Of a stretch of DNA of 38,150 nucleotides, positions 1 through 12,100 are shown in pieces; positions within the stretch are counted from its first letter, which is position 1, and each line of letters begins with the position of its first letter. The DNA is from Hyphochytrium catenoides (lineage: Eukaryota > Protista > Hyphochytriomycota). The notes beneath the pieces are model-generated. The model ran no database searches, was not told the origin of the DNA, and saw nothing but the letters and a program-made list of their open reading frames with translations. The translations under genes and the position numbers were made by a program. The stretch spans positions 1 to 38,150 of the forward strand of contig FLMG01004013.1 of the NCBI GenBank assembly GCA_900088475.1, given 5' to 3'.

Positions 1-197
1 TGACCTCCTCCTGCTCCAAAATCTCCCCCAAACCCTCCCCCTCCATCGCCGCCGAAGTCCCCGAACTGCAGACGACGACCAGTGCCGCTACGCAAACTTG
101 GCCTAGGAATGGAGGAAGAGGCTTCGTTCTCCGAGGCTACGGGGCTGCTTGTTAGTGCCAGCACCAAAAGGCACGCTGAGATACCACATGCCTTCAT
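1..197 (-). CDS. 5' part of a putative secreted glycine-rich protein (runs off the left edge)
   Basis: ATG at 197 (context aaacATGa) opens MKACGISACLLVLALTSSPVASENEASSSIPRPSLRSGTGRRLQFGDFGGDGGGGFGGDFGAGGG.. with no stop before the edge. It has a hydrophobic signal-peptide-like N-terminus, an SLR..RRL basic motif, then FG(G)D/Gly repeats. Not in the supplied ORF track. Confidence 0.7.
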   Translation of the reverse strand, partial: MKACGISACLLVLALTSSPVASENEASSSIPRPSLRSGTGRRLQFGDFGGDGGGGFGGDFGAGGG

Positions 198-616
198 GTT
201 TAAAGAACAAGAGAGTACTGCTAAGCGTCAAGTAGCTCAATAGACAGCCTTTGTAGCAGAAGGAGGAACCGTCCGCCGATTGCCTCAACAAAGCTTGTAG
301 AGAGAGCTTTGCTTTGCCTGTGGGCAAGCCAGAAAGAGAGATAATGAACCTGTAGGTGCCGGAACTGACGCATCCCTGTGTTGCCCACGGGCGGGTCAAG
401 GATAGTACAGTAGGTTCTACAGCTGCCCAGAAAGGGAGAGGCCTTTCTTTCGGGGACGGTGGGCTGTTCCTCTAAGTTTCTCTTCATAGGCCAACAAGAG
501 CAGCGCGAACAGTGGCTCTTTCCTTAACAGCTGCTCGTCTGATAAGAACCTCGGTATGAGATAACTTCAGCTTGAGAACAATACTCTTCTTCGTTTAGTG
601 GTTGGATGACTCCCTG

Positions 617-1918
617 TATGACAGAAAGACGATGAAAGAAAGAAGTGGAAGAGACTCTTTCTCCATTGTTCTACGTTACCCATCCGTTCTTCCACTTCGT
701 TTCTACATTCTTCTGGCAGGGAAGAGGCCTGCTTCATGGTTCTCAGGGAAGCTTACCTTACCCTTGTCTGGCCGGATGTTGTGCACTTCCTCCACTATTC
801 ATGGTTGTGGACAACAGAAAAGGTCGCGCTAGCTCCACAGAATGGACAGCCAGATTGCATCCGCATAAACTTATAGAACAGTGTACCGGCTGCTAAGTGA
901 GGCAGGGAACTTCAGAAACCTCTTTTCAGGACCTCTTCTTAAGACAAGTTCTTATTACTCCTTTGAGATGCTGCCATTACGCACTGCCGCGAGGAGCTAT
1001 TCTTAGAGTGCAGAGGAGGGCGTTCCTTCTACATAGGCAACGACGGTTCCAATAGTTCAGATATCTTTCTCGCATCGGTTCTCTGAGCACAGAAGTTGCG
1101 ACCTTGAAGACTGGAGGGACTGGCTCTTCATTATCAGCACGCAATTCAGAGTAAGAAAGTCCCCGTTGTTGCTCATTGGCACTCTCAATTGTTTTCCAAC
1201 GTTATCAACGAGGAATATGACGAGACTTTGTAAAGGTATCTTGGGCACGGAGAGCCAGAACGCGAGAACACGAAGCTTCTTAGCACGTTTCTCTTTCTCT
1301 AATCCATTCGTTTCCCTATTTGTTTGAGTCGTACTGTTCAGTTGTGGAACTCCGTTCTTGGTCCTTGGAGTACCGAGTGGACCTGTCTCGGGTACCTCCG
1401 AACCAGTCCAGTAGAACTACTGTTTCTTGTTCAAAAATTGTCTAGTAGAACGTCGCCAGAGTGCGATGGGAGACCTACTACCGAGGAAGCTGATGATAAA
1501 GCTTTATTAGTGGGCACGAGTAAGTGGCTTCGCATGGTAATGAGAAAGGGTTTGCCCTCTGCTCTACTCTGTGCTCCTGTCTCTGACATCGGTCATGTTG
1601 TCATGTTGGCTAGGCGGAGTGCTGTTTGTTGTTGCGGGATCTGATGAAGAGAGAGGTTCTTTGCATGGGAGAAGATATTATCAGCAATCATAACGCCTAC
1701 TGCTATGAATCTACCATCTTTCCCGGTACTCCTACTGCTAACCTATGGTACTGGAGCTGCGATACTGCTTCCGTTCCTTCCCTTTCTCCAATGTATCGGA
1801 GGAAGATAGTATAGAATACTTCTATGGTTTCTTCTGTTACTACTACTGTTTTACTGTTGTCATTGTACTACTCTATGGCTCTATGGCTCGCCAACTCTCC
1901 GCACCACGTGATTGTTCT
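617..1918 (+). pseudogene. Decayed copy R1 of the 2x6TM orphan family
   Basis: Motifs are collinear with genes A/B across shifting frames: YDRKTMKERSGRDS (617-658, cf FNILILKMRLRQFDS); FYV..P..FFWQGRGLLHG (669-, cf FYI..P..HFWG..RGAGLISG); GCCALPPLFM (774-803, cf GCDAQPLSM); TQFR..P..NCF......N......KGI (1139-, cf TQFR..P..DCL......N......RGL); PMVLELR..SFPFSNVSEE (1742-, cf PYQVDLR..AWPFSTFSGE); RDCS (1907-1918, cf HDCS). Many stops and frameshifts. Confidence 0.6.
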
Positions 1919-2160
1919 ACTTGCTATTCTTTTCTTCTTTGGTTTTGCCCTCTGAAGAGAACCTAAGTTCTCAGCAGCACGACCAACCTGTCCGGACTCT
2001 TGTGCGGGTAAGCTAGTGAATGATTTGCTCAGTGCGTGCGGACGATGTGTTTTGGATCGGTGCACTCCATAGATTAGCTTCTAGTGACCATGCCAGCGTA
2101 AGACGGTACTTGTCCTTGAGTTGGGGTTAACGTTTGGCGTTGATGCTATCTATTTTCACT

Positions 2161-2241
2161 CTTCTTCTTGTTCTTCCTCTTCTTCTTCTTCTTATTCTCC
2201 TCCTTCTTCTTCGTCTTCTCCTTCTTTTTTGTCTCCTTCTT
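2161..2241. repeat. Imperfect (CTT)n low-complexity tract
   Basis: cttcttcttgttcttcctcttcttcttctt... read directly. Confidence 0.8.
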
Positions 2242-2420
2242 CATTTTGCTGTCATTCTCATCATTAGTTAACAGCTGGACCCATAGAGTTATTAGCATGG
2301 AAGTTGTAAGAACAATAGGTTTCGGGTTAGGGTGAGAGGCAGCAACTCAAGTTCCGCAGAACCTCGCTCGCTTCTCTTCTTCCCTGCTTCACAGTGCGTG
2401 GGAAAGGAGGTCGCTGAATG

Positions 2421-2592
2421 TCGGACCCTTTCTTTCCTTTTTGCCTTGGAGCTCTCGAGCGAGCTCTAGGTCGTTCTATTCTTCATAGTTCTGGTGGGGA
2501 AAGGAGATCACTGATCGTCGGGCCCTTTCTTCTTTTTGCCGCGGAAGCTCTAGCGAGCTCTAGGTCGTTCTATTTCTTCATAGTTCTGGGTG
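2421..2592. repeat. Imperfect direct repeat, two ~75-bp copies about 97 bp apart
   Basis: Copy 1 ~2421-2496 and copy 2 ~2518-2592 share the core agcgagctctaggtcgttctatt(t)cttcatagttctgg and the leader tcgg.ccctttctt..tttttgcc. Confidence 0.85.
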
Positions 2593-2713
2593 TTTCTATT
2601 GACAAGAGAGGAGGAGCGACGGCCCCAAGATGAAGCGGTTCTTTCTGTCGGGTTATGGCTTTTCTGGATTTTTTTTTGTTCAGCAGAAAATAGTTCTGGC
2701 TGCCGCTCAACTT

Positions 2714-3133
2714 CACCCGTCCCGCGGTCTCGATCCTGATGGGCCCAAGGAGCAGCATATGCAATGCAGAGCTTAGGAGCTTCCGCAGATACCATATCCT
2801 TATGTAATGTATGCCCCTGAACCACCATAGGATGAAGCTCTGATGTAGATGTGAAGATGTGGGAATGCCAGGAGCCAAAGAGCTTTCCTAATGGGCTGCC
2901 ATTCAATGGCTGTAAAGGGAGCGAGTGAACAGTTTCTTTGACTCTTCAAAAACTGACTTTCTTTCATTCGTAGAAGAGCCAACGCGCCTAGAAGAGCCAA
3001 GGGACTGCGAGCAGACCATAGAAAAGGCAATCAGCAAAATGAGAATACTCTCGAAAGGAAGAGAAAGGTCTTCTTATTGCCAAGAAGGTCTCCCGGTGTT
3101 GAGAAGAAGCGACGAACTTCGACACCCCATAGT
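2714..3133 (-). pseudogene. Decayed copy R2 of the 2x6TM orphan family
   Basis: Collinear minus-strand motifs: TMGC (3122-3133, cf TLGC/TVGC); PFESI (3044-3058, cf PFDGI/PYEGI); LLAVPWLF* (2991-3014, cf LLGVPVRPWLI); FTAIEW (2899-2916, cf FVGVKW); RIWYLRK (2780-2800, cf RIIYLRN); LLLGPIRIETAGRV (2714-2755, cf LSLLPLYLEEGHRM). Frameshifted and shortened by deletions. Confidence 0.6.
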
Positions 3134-3965
3134 TACATTCCCGTTGAAGGTGTTTTAGCTGCAGGGCGGCAACGAAGAGCGAACTAGAGGGCGTACGAAC
3201 AACTCAAGTCAGCTCCTTCCCTTCTCACCATCATAGGGACACTGTGGTCGTTGGACATCGGTGCTTGGTGTCTTGTCCAACATGGAATAATCCAGGATGA
3301 ACGACAAACTCCTTAGAGCTCGTTCCTGGAGCATGCAGGCCGTAGAGCATGCACTGTAGACAAAGGAAGGCAGCTAAAAGCATGGCTTTGCTGCCACCAA
3401 GCAAGCTTTACTGATAGTGACTTGTTTCCATGTTAGAGCTGATTTACTTGCGTCCTCCCCATACCCTCCTCCTCAAATTTCGCTCTCAGAGAACTAGAAA
3501 CCAACGTCAACAACGTCGAAGAAGCCTCCTTGACTTCTAGGCCCTCCTTTTCTCTCGAGGTCGAATGTGAAAGGTGACTGTACTGGAACCGTTGTTGTCT
3601 TACACAGCCGCTGATCATTCACCATTTTTAAGCTCACTGTTAGATCACGTTCTACTACCTCGTCTCGTTCAGCGTGATTAGCTGTACCGTCTACGTCCTT
3701 GACAAGAAGGGGAAGTACCCCGCGTTGCCTTCAAGCTTTCTTCTTTGCATTCTGGAGACTCAAGCTGTATTCAACTCTACCTTAAACCAACCAGAGGTAC
3801 TGATGATAGTACTGCAGTCCTTGTGTCCGTCCCCTAGTAGTATCGACCGATAAATCAACAACAAGGCTATCATCAAAAGTGAGGCGCTGTCATTTTTGCT
3901 TTAATGCTCTGCAACTCTCTCTGTGTCTCTCTCTCTTTTTTTCTTGTTCTCTTTATGGCCTAATA

Positions 3966-6900
3966 TCAGCTGAATGTCACCTTGTACTCAATATCTGATG
4001 TCATAAGGGTCAGGATGTGCGGGTAAAAGAAGGCATTCAACGTGCATCTCAGGCAATAGAGGACAAGCGAGGTGATAGCATCCAAAGCAAAGCTGATGGG
4101 AGCTCTTGACAATCCTAGACTTATCCCATTCAAGTGCGCTTCTGACATGTCCCCAGCCGTCTTGAGAACTAGATAGATACCGCTGGCTACTAGCGAGGAG
4201 CAATGGATAAGCCCGTAGCCACTGGTGAGGTACCTCCGCACTCGCCTTGAGACGATGGAACAGTCGTGGAGTATAAAGGTCCCAATGTTGCTGCAGAAGA
4301 GTGCTAAATAAATAAATGTCCTGCAGAAACACGTGGTTAAGTAGGAAAGACAATACACCGGCAGAAAGTAAGAGGCATCACGTTAGAACTAGACCACCAT
4401 TCTGCTTGGGAGCTTGGCAGTGGCTATCCTTCTCTCGTTCCTACCTGGAGTCCCAATGGAGGACATCCGCGCTAAAGTAGAAATATTCCAGATTGACCAG
4501 CATTAGGTATATCACGTCCAAGTAGCCAAAGAACTTCTTGGCCAGAGTCAGGGAGACCCGAGAGACGTACAGGATGTTCCACGTGACCGTCAAGATGAAA
4601 CTAGCAATGTACAGCTGTACACCGGCCTCTAGATAGAGCAGGGTGAAGTTGATAGGGAGGGAGAGTGTGTAGATTGACCAGCACAAGAAGTGGTTGGTGA
4701 GACGGTTCCGTAGATAGATGATCCTTTTAGCTTTTTCTGGCCCTATCGCTCTGGATATGACAGACAAAGAGAACACCCATCCTAGAAGATCTTCTCGCAC
4801 GTCCACCTCGTACGGTTCCTCTACCGGGCGGATCGCTATGTGCACCCTCCTACTTATCATCCCAAAGTCCAGAGGGAGACAAAAGATTGGAGTGAGTACG
4901 GGGGAAAAGACATTGGTTTGGAGGTGCAATAAGAGGTAACAAAGAGAAGGAGTGATGGCAGGTCAGACCGCGGTACATTAGATGAAACAGGGGTAAGAGA
5001 AAGGGATCACGCGAGTCGCGACTTATGCTTTCTTACCTCTTGTTACTCTTTTCAAGATGTGTATTGTTGGCTGGTGCCATAGAAGATGAGGCAGGGCTGA
5101 CCCCGCGTCCTTCTCCCGAAAAATCTTCCGAACGAGCTGTCTTACTTTCCTCCTCCTTAAAGTCCAGGCCCGTGGCCAACCGAAGCTCTGGCCCTAACGT
5201 CGGCCTTGGAGACTTTTGTTGGAAGGTGGACTCGAGATTAGCAGGAGGATGGGAAGATGGGGTCGGGAAGAGAGGGGATTGCCTTGGTAGAGCGTGGGCC
5301 TTCTGTGGAGATGGTTCCCTCCGCCCAGCCACTGGACCATCTAACTTTAGCGTTGGGCCACCAGCACAGGAGGGAAAGCTGGCCGTCACAGGAATCTTCG
5401 TAGTCATTTCCTTGCACTTCCTGCCCGAAAAAGAAGTGGTAACTTGTAGCGCCAGGACTTTGTCGGCCGGACGCCATTGAAGCGGCCACTTGACGCCAAC
5501 AAAGCGGGAAGACGATCCGAAAGTGTTCCGAAGCTTCTGCACGCCTCGATAGATGATTTGCAAGTCCACCATAATGACCACCAGCAGGCAGTCAGCTGCG
5601 ATGAACCAGGGACGAACCGGGACGTTTAACAGCGTCAGCTGGGTCTTCTCAATGCCTTCATACGGCGTGAAGTAGAGAATGGTGGCGAGTCTAGTAGGTT
5701 ACACAGCAGGGAGCAGGATGGTAGCAAGCAGGCAATGAGTGACGAAGGCAAAAACTGTTAGCGCAGAGGACCTGACAAAGACGAATAAGAAGGACGAAAG
5801 GAGTAGTTCTGAGGCGAGCGCGACTGTAGCAGCAGCAAGTAGCGGCACACAAACTCTGATGACCAAGTTCTCGATGTACTTCTATGGAGAAGCATTAGGA
5901 AGCCACGAAACAACAGGGAAGAGACATACGCCAGCAGGAGGGAGCAAGACCTGAAGAATAACAAAGGGGGAAGACTCACCTGAAGAGTAGTAAGCTGGCA
6001 AAGCAGGAAGCCACCAACAAGAACTTCACCTTCCATCTGATGGACATACTGAGAGGTTGCGCATCACAGCCCACGGTGTGCAGGACGGCCATGAAGATTC
6101 CACAGATAAGGCCAGAAGCTCTTCCTTTGTCCGGCCCAACAAACTGATTGGCAAGGACGTAAATAGCAGGAGCACTCTGGAGCATAAAGAACCAGCACTC
6201 TGTTGGGGAGAGTCCATGGAAAAAGAAGGGAAAGGGCAGACAGAAGAGGAGGTAAGTAGAAGATGATCATCACATCAAAAAAGGTTGAGAATAGTGTCGG
6301 CAAGGTGATAGAGAACGCGGGAGAAAGAGAAGAGAAATTGAGAGTGGGGATTGAAATAAAGGAAGAAACATGCGAGCGAGATACAGAGTGAGAGAGAAAA
6401 CGAGAGAGAGAGAGAGGAAGAGAAAAAAAAGCAGCGAGAAACTTTTGACAGAGGAAAAGAGAGAGAAAGAAAGTGAGGAAAGAGAGACGAGGAGGAATGG
6501 GATAAGACAAGGACAAAGAAACATCTTATTAGCAAGAGCCACATTTTTGAAGGTCGAAAGCCCTCCTCGTTGCCAGCAGACAGCTGCAGAGACTGAGAGT
6601 AGCCATAACAGTAGAAAGGGATACGAGACGTGGGGAGAACGAAAGGCCGAGAGCTCTGTACGGAACTCAAGATTCAAGCCAGCAGTGGCTCAGAAAGAGG
6701 AACTCCTCGGTCACATTAGAGAGGAACCAAATGAAGAAAGGCGCGATGACCAACGTACCAAACTGCATTAAGCGCCTCCGGAAGATTGTGAGATTGAACT
6801 CTGGGACCTCGAACATCATGAAGAGAGAGAAGGCCGACGTCACGATGATGCCAATCGTAGAAGCTGTCTCGCTAGGAATGGACTCTAAGAGCGGCCAGGT

Positions 6901-7341
6901 CAAAGAGAGCGCGGCCACATAGCCAACAGTAAGGAAGAGCTTCACTGCCCGAAAGATCTTCGTCCTTCTTATCCGGGGATAGACCCGAGACAGAGGTCCC
7001 GGAAGGCCCTTGGCCCCGATAATATCTCCCGCGTCTATGGACTCCAGCAGAAAGTTAGGCAGAGGCTCTATCACCCAAATCCCTCTTCTTCCTTTAGCAG
7101 CAGTAGCAGCCGCCTTCTTACTAGGGGAGCACGGTCGACTGTCGCCGCTGGGAGAAACAGACGCTGATGTCTCCACCACCTGTGAGGACGGGAAGGCAGT
7201 TATGTCTCTCTTGTTGCAGCTCCTGGCTAATATTTCTCCTCCCTTGACCTCCTCCTCCAACCTGACGCCAGCAGCCGGGAGAGGGCTGGCAGTGCTGCTG
7301 ACGTTGCCCCCTGCCAGGAGAGAGACGACGCGGGTTCTCAT
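3966..7341 (-). CDS. Orphan multi-pass membrane protein A (~738 aa, ~12 TM, two internal 6-TM repeats)
   Basis: Five exons 7341-6759, 6199-5980, 5690-5037, 4849-4445, 4320-3966, all GT-AG. Total 2217 nt, open frame ending TGA. Strong similarity to, and identical intron positions/phases with, paralogue B. Confidence 0.88.
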
Positions 7342-7727
7342 TATCTTTGCCTTCTCTCCTTTCTATGCAGCAGCACCATATGCTTGTGAGGAGGAGGTGA
7401 GGAGGTTATGAGGACGAGGCATGCCTTCTTCTCCACATCATTTTCTAGCAGCACTTCTAAGCCTCGCCAAGAAGGTTTAGGGAGAGATGAAAACGAAGAA
7501 GAGACGGCCGGTGACTAGCTAGCATTAAGCAGCTAGCGGCTGCTTCATCTTCTTTCTTCTGCGTCCCGGTGTGCCGGTGGCTCCATGGCGCTTGTTAGAT
7601 AGGCTGGTTAGTAGAGAATGGTCTCCTCCTCCTACGCACCCAATCCAGCAGCAAGTCTTGAGTCAGGTCCTGCTAGTCATTGTCTGCCTCTGAGAGGAAT
7701 ATTAGCGATGATGACAGACTTATTACT

Positions 7728-7754
7728 CAGCAGCAGCAGCAGCGGCAGCAGCAG
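7728..7754. repeat. Short imperfect (CAG)n
   Basis: cagcagcagcagcagcggcagcagcag. Confidence 0.7.
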
Positions 7755-8008
7755 AGGAGGAGGGAGAGGAGAGGGATGAGAGTTGTTAGCGCTAAGTTAC
7801 GGTCCTGCGTTACATTGTGGCCTATGAAGAAGAGGGCGGAACCATGCGGACATTTCCCTAGACCAGGAAGATTGAAGGCAGAAGTAAGAGAGGCAATCAG
7901 GGTAGGGAACCCTACCTCTCCCTGCACAGACAGATATGCAACCAGAGCGCGACGAAAGAAGACACTCTTCAAAGAAAATCGGGGAAAGTGGCGGAGAGGG
8001 GGGAAAGG

Positions 8009-8104
8009 GAAGAGAGAGAGAGAGCGAGAGAGAGCGAGAGAGGGAGAGAGAGCGAGAGGGAGCGAGAGAGAGCGAGGAGAGAGAGCGAGAGAGAGAGAGA
8101 GAGC

Positions 8105-8160
<56 letters not shown>

Positions 8161-8185
8161 CAGAGACAGAGAGAGAGAGAGAGAG
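8009..8185. repeat. Compound microsatellite (AG)n / (AGAGAGCG)n / (GAGACA)n
   Basis: Read directly; it produces the spurious RE- and SL-repeat ORFs. Confidence 0.95.
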
Positions 8186-8339
8186 TGTATGAATGAAGAA
8201 GAAAGGGAAAGAGACAAGACAGAGTTAACCCCCTCACTTCCCCCTTCGACTAGGCTGGGGATATAATAAAGAGGTTACATATAGAGCCGGTAACGCTAGA
8301 CACAGGGGTGAGGAGCTGAGTGATGAGAGGGAGAGGAAC

Positions 8340-8348
8340 AGAGAGAGA

Positions 8349-8382
<34 letters not shown>

Positions 8383-8425
8383 NNNNNNNNNNNNNNNNNN
8401 NNNNNNNNNNNNNNNNNNNNNNNNN
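8340..8425. repeat. (AG)n tract running into a 43-N assembly gap (8383-8425)
   Basis: Read directly. Confidence 0.95.
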
Positions 8426-9152
8426 CGAGCGACAGAGGAAACGGTATGAAGAAGGAGAGTGGAAGGAGAGGGTAAGAAGAGTCAGGTGAAGAAGAACAAG
8501 GGAGGAAGAGAACTAAAGAGAAACCAACGACTGCAAGGGAGAAGCAGCAGGAGAGAAACTGAACTCTTGGACCCTTCTTGTGGATATCTAGAAGATAGAT
8601 TCGATATGGAGAGAGAAAGAAAAAAAGAGAGAGGAAGAGAGAAAGGAGTGAGAAAGAGAGAGAGAGAGAAGGAAGAGAGAGCGAGAGAGAGAGGAGAGGG
8701 AGACGAGAGAGAGAGAGAAGAAGACCCGGTAGACCAACAAGTGGCTCATCGTTTAGTTGAAGGGAACTCGAAAAGGATGAGGGCATGCCTACGTGACCAG
8801 GCAAGAGGAATTAAGGAGAAGACCTTTCCCTTTTGCGTGCTGTTCTCTTCTAGTTACATGCCTATTAGATGATAGAAAGCATTCTTCTTTCCGGCACCTC
8901 TTCTATCGCTGAGCCATCCCCTCGTCCCCAGCCGCTTTCTCCTTCTCTTCATCCTTCATCATCCCACCAGCATCTGGCTATGAAACAGGCTTATCAAAAC
9001 TCCCTACCACGGGAACCTTGCTCCTCCTCGTTTGTTGGCTACTACGTGTTCTTGACCTCTTTCCTCCTTCTCTGGTCCAATGATGCACACTAGAGAGCAT
9101 ATTTGTCAGGCTACAGAGATCTGGGCAAGGTCTGAAGGTAGATGACGCGCTC

Positions 9153-12100
9153 TCAATGTGTCTGCTGTCGAATAGACTTGATCTTTGAAGTTCCTCCTGC
9201 AGCTGTTGTTGGCGGAAGGAAGCGTGGATCTGTTACCTTGTACTCAATATCACTACTAAGTGTCGTCATAATATGCGGCCAGCGTACGGCGTTGAACGAG
9301 TTCCTGACGCTGTAGATGAACAGAGAAGAGAGAGCGTCCAAGGCGAGACTGAGAGGAGACCGTAACAATCCCTGTGCCAGCGTAGCGCCCTGCTCCTGGA
9401 AAGCCTCCTCCGAAGAGGCAGTCTGCACAAGATACCAGCCACTGAGGACGAGAACAACGGCAATTGTCACCCCAAAGGAGCTCGAGGTCAAACGCCGCAC
9501 TTCTGGAGCTACGATGGAGCAGTCGTGGAGCACCAAAGCCGTCAGACAGTTAAATAGTAGCCCCGCATAAACCAATGATCTGACGACGACAGAGCAGAAA
9601 ATGCAGCGTTTCAGTTTTCCTTTCTTACTATTGCCACTCTACTAAGTTTGGCGCATGAAGAGAAAAGTGATCACTCACTCCATGGGTAGTGTGGAGGACA
9701 TAGCCAAGACGCCAGGAAATTGGGACCAGAGAGAGGGCGAGGAGAGGAGGAAGACCAGGAAGTTATGAGACAGGATGAAAAAGGGACCAAGGGCCGCTTA
9801 GACGCTGGCAATAATGAGAAGACAGGTGAAGAAACGGCGCCAGAGCCCGCTCAGCTAAAGGAGAAGAGTAAGCAAAGAAGGATAATTTGCAGACGCCTTT
9901 TCTGGTAGCATGCACAGGTGAAAGAACTGAAGCGAGACGCCTTACCTGGTGTCCCAGCGCACAATAGCGCAGCTGCAGTAAAAGTACTGAGCGCCACAGA
10001 ACAGTACGAAGAAAGAGTCCACATGAGTGAAGAAGTTCTTGCATAGCTTAGGTATCACTCTGGACCAAAAGAGCATCCCCCAGAGAAGACTCAAAGAGAG
10101 AGAGAGCAGTGCCCCGACCATTCTATGCCCTTCTTCAAGGTAGAGTGGCAACAAGCTAAGAACTATGGACAGGAGGTAGAGTATCCAAGCACCATAGTGG
10201 TTGCTGGCTTTATTTCTAAGAAAGCGGATTCTTCTTAGCTGTTCACCGCTGAAGGTAGAGAACGGCCACGCAGAGAGAAGCAAGGCCAGGGCATCGTCTC
10301 TCAAATCCACCTGGTAAGGTTGAACTACTGGGCTTACCGAGATGTTCACCCTACCAGAACAGAGACGGCGGGTGATGAAACATTAGTCATGCATGGAGAA
10401 TTGCCGCTGCTGCACATATCATCCAAGAAAGGAACGAGGAAAGTGGTATAAGAAGAGCAATAGCGTTCGCATAGACCCGAAAGAAGTATGCCAGCAAGGA
10501 GCAGTAGGAGGATCCCAGGAATCGACGTACGGTTAGCGGAGTAGCACCAGACAGAGCTTAGTAGACGTAAAACAAACGAGAAGAGATAGGAAAGGAGAGG
10601 GAGAATGAGAGGAGACACAGAGAGGGAAAGAAAGAGCTTTGAATGTGTAAGTCCTGAGGTCTTTGTAGAAGAACGAGAAGCAAATCACTGAAGAGAAAAG
10701 AGCTGCTTATGCACTAATCAGAAAAGAAAGCCATCGTCATGATCACCTCCTGATTGTAGCGCTGCTCCGTGTTGAAGAATGCGAAGGCTTGTGTTTGTCG
10801 GCACCACCACCGTTGGACCGCCCACCATCTGGTCTGTCTTCCTGATGAATTGTAGAGCTGGCATCTGGTAGGAGGGTTGCGTCTGTCTCCACGGAGAATG
10901 TGGATGCAGCTGTCTGTCCCCCAATAGATTGTTTCTGCTTGTGGCTGACGCCTACGGATATCGCCGTCGAAGAATAAGACAGCTGATGGCGAAACTGGAG
11001 AGGCCATTTCACGCCGACGAATCGAGAACCTCCTCCGACGGTGCTCCTTAGCTTTGTTAAGCCGCGAACCGCAATCTGGACGTTCACTATTGCTACGACC
11101 GACAAGCAGTCAGCAGCAATCAGCCAGGGCCGCACTGGAACTCCTAATAACCGGAACTGCGTGATCTCTATCCCATCAAAGGGCACTAAATAGAGGATGG
11201 ATGCCAACCTACAGAGATGTAGCGCATCATAGAATGGCCGAAGAATCGTTAGGCAGACAGCGATGAAGAATGGAGAGAATGGGCGAAAAGAAGCGGGAAA
11301 AGCGGAGAACGGGAAAGGAGAGAGCTATCCCTAGCCAATATGAGATAGAAGAAAAGCGCAGAAGTTAGCGGCAAGGGCAAGAAGGAGAAGGGACCTGAAA
11401 AGTAGCATCGCTCCAAACACGGCGGCAAGCACCAAGAACTTGACCTTCCATCGGATGGTCAGAGACTGCGGCTGACAGTCACATCCTAGCGTGTGGAAGA
11501 CCGCGGACAGGATGCCAGATATCAGTCCCGCACCTCTAGTGGTTTGATTGCCCCAAAAGTGCACCGTCAAAATGTAGATGGGGCTCGCAGACTGGAGGAT
11601 GTAGAACCAAGAGTCTAAGGAACGATATACAAAAAAGAAGGAGCGGGGCTTATTAGTTCCCTCAAGCCACACTGACATCAGGAGCGAAGAAAGAAGCCCG
11701 AGAATGTCTCTATTAACAAGGTGTCGTGCGTCTGCAGCCTCTCTACCTCCCATTCTATGACCAACTCGTCCCTGCGTGGCCTGCATCATTTGGCCCAGAA
11801 CTTACCGAATTGTCGAAGGCGCATCTTCAGGATGAGGATGTTGAACTCAGGAAGCTCCAGGAAGATGAAGCTTGTGAAGGAAACAGCAATAAAGGCGCCC
11901 GTCACTGTGGTCACGGTTCTCCCCAGCTCCTCCAATGTGAACCAGGTCAAAACGAGAGAGCAGACGTAGCAAAAAGCGCCAATAGTCTTTATGAGGCGAA
12001 AGACTGAGCTCTTCCTTATCCGGGGGTAGACTCCTGCCAGGCTGCGAGGGCACCATTTGGTGCCAATGATGAGCGTGCTGTCCAGAGTCTCGTCAATAAA

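Noticed and set aside
2318-2335. Telomere-like ggtttcgggttagggtgag
   Set aside because: Only one exact TTAGGG; consistent with chance.
2421-2592. CRISPR-like repeat-spacer array
   Set aside because: Only two imperfect copies, eukaryotic context, no cas genes.
200-3800. Degenerate retrotransposon
   Set aside because: No RT, integrase, gag or transposase motifs, LTRs or TIRs seen; better explained by fossils R1 and R2.
6064-6771. Several 130-150 aa ORFs, hydrophobic or Arg/Glu-rich
   Set aside because: They mostly lie in the CT-rich intron 1 of gene A (6758-6200).
7680-8872. Long RE-rich and SL-rich ORFs on both strands
   Set aside because: Translations of AG/CT microsatellites that lack stop codons; no coding signal.
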